Shown: in pieces, positions 15,603 to 20,000 of the stretch
Layout: each line of letters begins with the position of its first letter
How positions within the stretch are numbered: the stretch's first letter is position 1
Virus record (IMG/VR): IMGVR_UViG_3300025879_001642
Direction: 5' to 3' (one strand)
Origin: an uncultured virus (IMG/VR IMGVR_UViG_3300025879_001642)
Lineage: Duplodnaviria > Heunggongvirae > Uroviricota > Caudoviricetes
DNA: 20,000 nucleotides
Translations under genes and position numbers: made by a program
The notes under the pieces: model-generated
What the model was told of the DNA's origin: nothing
What the model saw: the letters and a program-made list of their open reading frames with translations, nothing else
The model's database searches: none

Positions 15603-17944
15603 TATTTAATGTTTTTTATACTCGACACATTGTCGTTTTTAGTTACCGTTATTACGTGGTCAGACCAATTTTTAACTAACGGATTATGTGTTATCACAAA
15701 AATATGTTCAAAATAACTTTTAATCTTTTTGAAGAACTCACCAATCATCTCTAAGTTCTCATCCGCAACTTTACCAAATACCTCATCCATAACAATAACG
15801 TTAGGTTTTGGTAGTGCCGATACTTTGGATAGAACTGACCTTAACGCCATCGACGCAATTGTTCTCTCATACCCTGAACCCGAACTCATCGGTTTCTCCA
15901 CTCTGGTCTCATCATCAATCATTACAAACTCAACCTCATTTTTATCTGAAATTCTCACATCCAATGTGAATCGACAACTATCTTCCAATAGTCTCGTAAG
16001 CTCAGAATTAATTACAGGTATCATTGAACGCAAAATTAACTTAGAAATACCATTCTTACCAAAGATAGCCAAATAAATTTCAAATATTATCTTAACATCC
16101 TCTTCTTTCTTAATTTTAACAATCTTTTCTTCAGAGGAAAGTATTTTATCGTTTTCATTTTTAATATCGTTCTTACAATCCTGTATTTTATATTTGATAT
16201 TATCAATCTCTGCTGATGTCGTCTCAATCTTAGTTTTGGTAACTACTAATTCTTTATCGATAACCAAATTCTCCTCCAACTTATGTTTGTTAGACTCCCA
16301 TCTACTCATTACCGTTTCTTTTTCTTTTAGCTCCATTTCTTTCGCCATAAGTTCCAAACGGTACTTCTCCTTTCTTAGTTTGTCCCTATCGTAATCCTCA
16401 AATTCCTTCTTTAGTTTTGATAAAACAGAATCCTCCTCAATTAAACGGTCAATCTCTTTTGTCAGTCCCTTAACTTCTGTTAATGTACCTTTATATTGTT
16501 TTTCCTTTTCCTTAATTTCTTTTGTGTGGTCAACATCATCCAACGCTCGTTTACAGGTAGGACAAATCTCACCCTCCTTAAGTTGTTTGATGAGTTCACT
16601 CAATTCACCACCTTTGGTTTCAGTAACCGTTCTCTTTGCTTTAGACTCCGATAATAAATCTCTTAATTCCCGATGTTTATCCTCATAGTAATATTCTGAA
16701 GGTTCTTTTACCTCAATCTCATCGAAGTAATGACGGGTAACGGTAACCTTATCTTTGAAGTCATTGATTTCCTGTAAGTATCTCTCAGGGTTTAATTTAG
16801 TCAGTTCCTCATCGATATCTGTGTGACGCTTGGATATGAGAACATCTTTCTTATCAATGATATTTTGAAGTTCCTTTTGTTTAATATCCTTCTCCTTATC
16901 ACTTTGTTCGATAATAATACCCAACTCTTTTATCTTTTCCTTAGATTCCTCAATTTCATTCTTTAAGGTATCCAAATTGTAGATATTCGATATCAATGAC
17001 TTATTCCAATCAGAATAAATCTTCTTTGATACCGCCTCTTTCTCCTTTAGTGATTCCAACCCAATAAACTTTGTGAATATCTGACCCAATGCCGTTGGTT
17101 TTGAATCAATCAACTCTTCTAAGTTTGTTCCTGTGGTTAGTATGGTTGTTAAGAAGTCATCCTGTGTACCAATTGCAGACTTAATGAATTCTTCAGTCTC
17201 CCTTCTTTGTTCACCAGATAAGTTTATCATCTCACCGTCAGACATCTTCTTAATAAACTCCAATGACGAACTAACCGTGAATCCACCCGCTCTTTTTGGT
17301 TTTCTTTTGATATTTCTTACAATGACATACTCCTCACCGTCAATCATTACATCACCCCTAACGTGAACATCGTTCTTAGTGGTAAACTGATTAAATACTT
17401 CCTCGTTTTTCTTTGTCTTTGTGGTTTGGTTGAAGAATAAGAACATCATAAGGTCAACGGCCAATACCGTCTTACCACCAAAGTTAGGTGGGTCCGACTC
17501 AATACAGGTAATACCTCCCAAATCATCAAATAAAACCACATTACCATCACCGTAAGATAAGAAGTTGGAGAACTCCAACCTTTTAATATACCACTGTCTG
17601 AAACGAATGGTGTTTTGGTTTGACTTATCAATCTCACCGTTAATCCTATCGTCCAATCGACTTAACATGTCCCAATCAACATCAATCTTTTGTTGTTTAA
17701 TGAAATCTTTCATCAACCCCTTTTGATATTGCGTATCCAAAATGTTGTCCGCCATATCGATGGAGCTGAACTTTTGTTGTTCCTTACTCAACACCGTCTT
17801 TGTGACAACAGTTACATTCTTAGATTTGTATTTTTTTATGAAGTATGATTTGATTCTCGCAATCCTTTCCTGTGTGAATGATTCCGCAACATCTTCCCAT
17901 ACCACCTTAATCTTTGGGTTTTCCAATAGGTTTTTATCTAGCAT
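15602..17944 (-). CDS. sbcC: SbcC/Rad50 (gp46-like) SMC-family ATPase with N-terminal extension
   Basis: IKRLEFSNFLSYG, PPNFGGKT (Walker A), coiled coil with CPTC zinc hook, SGSGYE signature, VIVMDEVFG (Walker B), ITHN. Start revised to ATG 17944 because a promoter and hairpin occupy 17963-18010. Confidence 0.9.
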   Translation of the reverse strand: MLDKNLLENPKIKVVWEDVAESFTQERIARIKSYFIKKYKSKNVTVVTKTVLSKEQQKFSSIDMADNILDTQYQKGLMKDFIKQQKIDVDWDMLSRLDDRINGEIDKSNQNTIRFRQWYIKRLEFSNFLSYGDGNVVLFDDLGGITCIESDPPNFGGKTVLAVDLMMFLFFNQTTKTKKNEEVFNQFTTKNDVHVRGDVMIDGEEYVIVRNIKRKPKRAGGFTVSSSLEFIKKMSDGEMINLSGEQRRETEEFIKSAIGTQDDFLTTILTTGTNLEELIDSKPTALGQIFTKFIGLESLKEKEAVSKKIYSDWNKSLISNIYNLDTLKNEIEESKEKIKELGIIIEQSDKEKDIKQKELQNIIDKKDVLISKRHTDIDEELTKLNPERYLQEINDFKDKVTVTRHYFDEIEVKEPSEYYYEDKHRELRDLLSESKAKRTVTETKGGELSELIKQLKEGEICPTCKRALDDVDHTKEIKEKEKQYKGTLTEVKGLTKEIDRLIEEDSVLSKLKKEFEDYDRDKLRKEKYRLELMAKEMELKEKETVMSRWESNKHKLEENLVIDKELVVTKTKIETTSAEIDNIKYKIQDCKNDIKNENDKILSSEEKIVKIKKEEDVKIIFEIYLAIFGKNGISKLILRSMIPVINSELTRLLEDSCRFTLDVRISDKNEVEFVMIDDETRVEKPMSSGSGYERTIASMALRSVLSKVSALPKPNVIVMDEVFGKVADENLEMIGEFFKKIKSYFEHIFVITHNPLVKNWSDHVITVTKNDNVSSIKNIK

Positions 17945-17962
17945 TAATCGTATAGTTTGTTG

Positions 17963-17993
17963 TAAAGATAACATAAAAAACCCCCACTTTCAA
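17963..17993 (-). promoter_or_regulatory. Bacteroidota-like promoter for sbcC
   Basis: Sense strand TTG-N20-TATCTTTA, 18 bp upstream of ATG 17944. Confidence 0.6.
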
Positions 17994-18010
17994 CTGTGAG
18001 AGTCTTTTTA
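17975..18010 (-). terminator. Rho-independent terminator (minus strand)
   Basis: Minus strand AAAAAGACTCTCAC-AGTTGAAA-GTGGGGGTTTTTT; the stem pairs fully only on the minus-strand RNA (G-U pairs). Confidence 0.65.
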
Positions 18011-18030
18011 TTATTTCAAACCTTATTTTA

Positions 18031-18062
18031 TTTGTGAAATCAATAAATTATGAGTATCTTAG
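18031..18062 (+). promoter_or_regulatory. Bacteroidota-like promoter
   Basis: TTTG-N20-TATCTTAG upstream of ATG 18087. Confidence 0.65.
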
Positions 18063-18086
18063 TAATACAAACTTAAAAAATACACA

Positions 18087-18677
18087 ATGAAAAATATAAT
18101 ATTAATAATAGTATCAGTACTCATAACCACTCAACTATTCGGTCAAGTAAACCCAGCAAAAGAAAGAGTTAAACAGACAGAACCATATAGACTCACAATA
18201 GAAGATATCGAAAATCTTATGTCCTTTGGGTCAAAAGAGTTTAATTCCGATAGTATGAACACGGAATTCTTCGTGATATTAAATGAATATCGAAGGTTTA
18301 AAAATCTACCTGAACTTACTTTCGATACATTACTATTTAAAACGGCAGACATACAAACTCAATACTGTACAACTAAAAAGAAATTATCACATATTAATAG
18401 TAATCCATCATTAAGACACCCATCGGATAGATTAAAAAGTATTGACACCAATTATAACGTAACCTTTAAAGGTGAAATTATACTTGAAACCGTTCATATG
18501 ATGGCAATATCAGAGGGTAGGTCGATTATTGAACATATGTTAGACATGTTCTATAACAGTCCCCCACATAAGGAAATCATGGAGAACCGTGAATCCACTA
18601 AAGTGGGTATATCAATCAAACGAAACAATGAAAATAAAAGACACTATTGTGTAGTAGTATTCGGTAAAAAATCTTAA
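18087..18677 (+). CDS. Secreted CAP/SCP-domain protein
   Basis: Signal peptide MKNIILIIVSVLITTQLFGQ; LNEYR...L...A...LSH...DRL...GEI...NSPPHKEIM...VGI...VVVFG pattern. Confidence 0.85.
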   Translation: MKNIILIIVSVLITTQLFGQVNPAKERVKQTEPYRLTIEDIENLMSFGSKEFNSDSMNTEFFVILNEYRRFKNLPELTFDTLLFKTADIQTQYCTTKKKLSHINSNPSLRHPSDRLKSIDTNYNVTFKGEIILETVHMMAISEGRSIIEHMLDMFYNSPPHKEIMENRESTKVGISIKRNNENKRHYCVVVFGKKS

Positions 18678-18680
18678 TAC

Positions 18681-19919
18681 TTAAAATATCGGACAGTCAT
18701 CAAGAACTTTCTTAACCTTCCTATTGACCGTTGAACTACCACCTTTAGGCGTTTTAAAACCTCCATTCATTCTCGGTCCTTTCTGATACCATTTAACACC
18801 AAACTCAACTGAGTATTCTCTTCCGGTTATAACTTCACTACTAGGCTTATTAACGTCCTTAGTTTCCACAATAATATCAACCTCAAATATGATAAATTTA
18901 TACTTATCATACTGAGACTTACTCTCTAAAGGACTACCAAATTGATTTATACTCTCACTGTCTAACTGACCTCTCCCATACGTATTATCGTAAGTACCAT
19001 CTTTAGAAATTGTATATTGTACTCCTTCACTATTTTCACCAGGATTAGGACCACTAGTCCCATCACCATTTTTACCACCCCTTAAAACTTTGTGGTTATT
19101 AGTGAATTTAACACCTATCTCAGATAAACGACCATATAATTCTTGGTAAACTTTATCCGCTCTTTGTTTTGAAAGTTCCGCCCACGTCAAATCTTTCGCC
19201 TCATTAGTGTTTCTGAATCTAGACGAACTTGCAGCTACATCAATCTTACGACAGACGTATTGACCGTTATTCATCTCCATAACCCCTTTAACATATTCCA
19301 CATATGAGTCTATTTTAACTCTAACTTCAGGTGTTATATCGGATTTATTATCTATAAATGTTTTTTCACCTGAAAGGCTGAAAATTTGACTATTAACTAC
19401 AGGTTCCGATTCCGGTGTTTTGACCTTACTTCTTGTAAGTTGTCCCTTTTCAATATTAGCAGTTATTTTACCACTTTTAGTTTTAAGACCACTTTCTTTA
19501 GCCATTTTTTTAACTTGTCTGTCACCATTTTCAGACCACTCAATAAATGACTGTATAAACCTAACCCTTTCTTCCTGACTAACATTTAAGAACCACATTT
19601 TCATATCCGTAGGACTCGCCGATAAGTTAGACATTGCTTGTAGAAATCTAACATAGTTATCCCCAAACTTAGTGATTAAATCTTCTCTTCTATCTATAGA
19701 TTGTTGTAGTTTTTCTTGGTCACCTCTATAGATATTTTGTATCATTCTATCAACACTAGTCGAAGTGTCATTAAACATATTTAAATCCTCCTCTGTTGGC
19801 ATCATAGGTTCCTTATACTTACTATCTTGCTCAGTTAAATATTGTCTTTTTGTTGCCGATTCGTGTAGATTTAATATCCTACTTTTTTCACTTTCATTTA
19901 TATTGAATAACTTTTTCAT
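18681..19919 (-). CDS. Putative virion protein with divergent OmpA-like C-terminal domain
   Basis: Leader MKKLFNINESEKSRILNLHESATKRQYLTEQ; FIDNKSDI...IDVAASSS...ELSKQRADKVYQEL resembles the OmpA_C LSxxRA motif. Confidence 0.6.
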   Translation of the reverse strand: MKKLFNINESEKSRILNLHESATKRQYLTEQDSKYKEPMMPTEEDLNMFNDTSTSVDRMIQNIYRGDQEKLQQSIDRREDLITKFGDNYVRFLQAMSNLSASPTDMKMWFLNVSQEERVRFIQSFIEWSENGDRQVKKMAKESGLKTKSGKITANIEKGQLTRSKVKTPESEPVVNSQIFSLSGEKTFIDNKSDITPEVRVKIDSYVEYVKGVMEMNNGQYVCRKIDVAASSSRFRNTNEAKDLTWAELSKQRADKVYQELYGRLSEIGVKFTNNHKVLRGGKNGDGTSGPNPGENSEGVQYTISKDGTYDNTYGRGQLDSESINQFGSPLESKSQYDKYKFIIFEVDIIVETKDVNKPSSEVITGREYSVEFGVKWYQKGPRMNGGFKTPKGGSSTVNRKVKKVLDDCPIF

Positions 19920-19946
19920 AATACCTTTTCTTAGTTGTTAGTTTAT

Positions 19947-19954
19947 TATAAATA
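19947..19954 (-). promoter_or_regulatory. TATTTATA motif, putative late promoter
   Basis: Sense strand GGTATTTATAATAAAC, 27 bp upstream of ATG 19919. Confidence 0.6.
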
Positions 19955-19975
19955 CCCTTAATCGACAATTTAACT

Positions 19976-20000
19976 AAAAAATCCCCACATTTCTGTGAGG
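19976..20000. terminator. Probable terminator hairpin, truncated by window end
   Basis: AAAAAATCCCCAC-ATTTCT-GTGAGG..., similar to the hairpins at 13551 and 17975. Confidence 0.45.

Noticed and set aside
17945..17974. Track start of sbcC at 17974 (likewise 1290, 4262, 9089, 14902)
   Set aside because: The upstream extensions overlap promoter elements or neighbouring genes; downstream ATGs fit better.
15729..17999. Short ORFs within sbcC (15729, 16194, 17133, 17446, 17742)
   Set aside because: Antisense or out-of-frame shadows of a well-supported gene.
435..18352. Other short nested ORFs (435, 3421, 3606, 6077, 9365, 12412, 13748, 14230, 18143)
   Set aside because: Overlap better-supported genes, have shadow-like composition and show no motifs.
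1..20000. Stop-codon reassignment as in Lak or some crAss-like phages
   Set aside because: Genes are full length and tile densely in the standard code; TAG (14862) and TGA (4199, 4606) act as real stops.
1..20000. CRISPR array, tRNA, rRNA, IS element or intein
   Set aside because: No repeat-spacer periodicity, cloverleaf, transposase or intein motifs seen; intergenic gaps are short.

Overview
AT-rich, densely coding 20 kb that reads as part of a large (jumbo-type) tailed phage genome infecting a Bacteroidota/Flavobacteriales-like host. The host inference rests on a Bacteroidota-type short primary sigma70, a Bacteroidota-type ClpP N-terminus, an Hc1/histone-H1-like protein, a DUF6576-like tail, TTTG-N19-21-TAnnTTTG-like promoters and A-rich starts without Shine-Dalgarno sites. 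Recognisable genes: D12-class N6-adenine methyltransferase, secreted MORN-variant protein, DnaJ lacking the zinc finger, Hc1-like protein, sigma70, ClpP, GT25 glycosyltransferase, SbcC/Rad50 (gp46-like) ATPase, CAP/SCP protein, OmpA-like protein, an M15-peptidase/PG-binding fusion and a degenerate amidase. The main unexplained signals are: (1) two promoter classes, host-like -33/-7 versus a sense-strand TATTTATA motif that precedes proteins sharing a lysine-rich, Glu-terminated leader (probable late promoter plus capsid-targeting propeptide); (2) a candidate lysis/envelope cassette with an apparently dead amidase and an inner-membrane-anchored protein ending in an outer-membrane beta-signal; (3) no GATC found by eye in 20 kb despite a Dam-family MTase. 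All annotations come from reading motifs by eye; no database searches were run.
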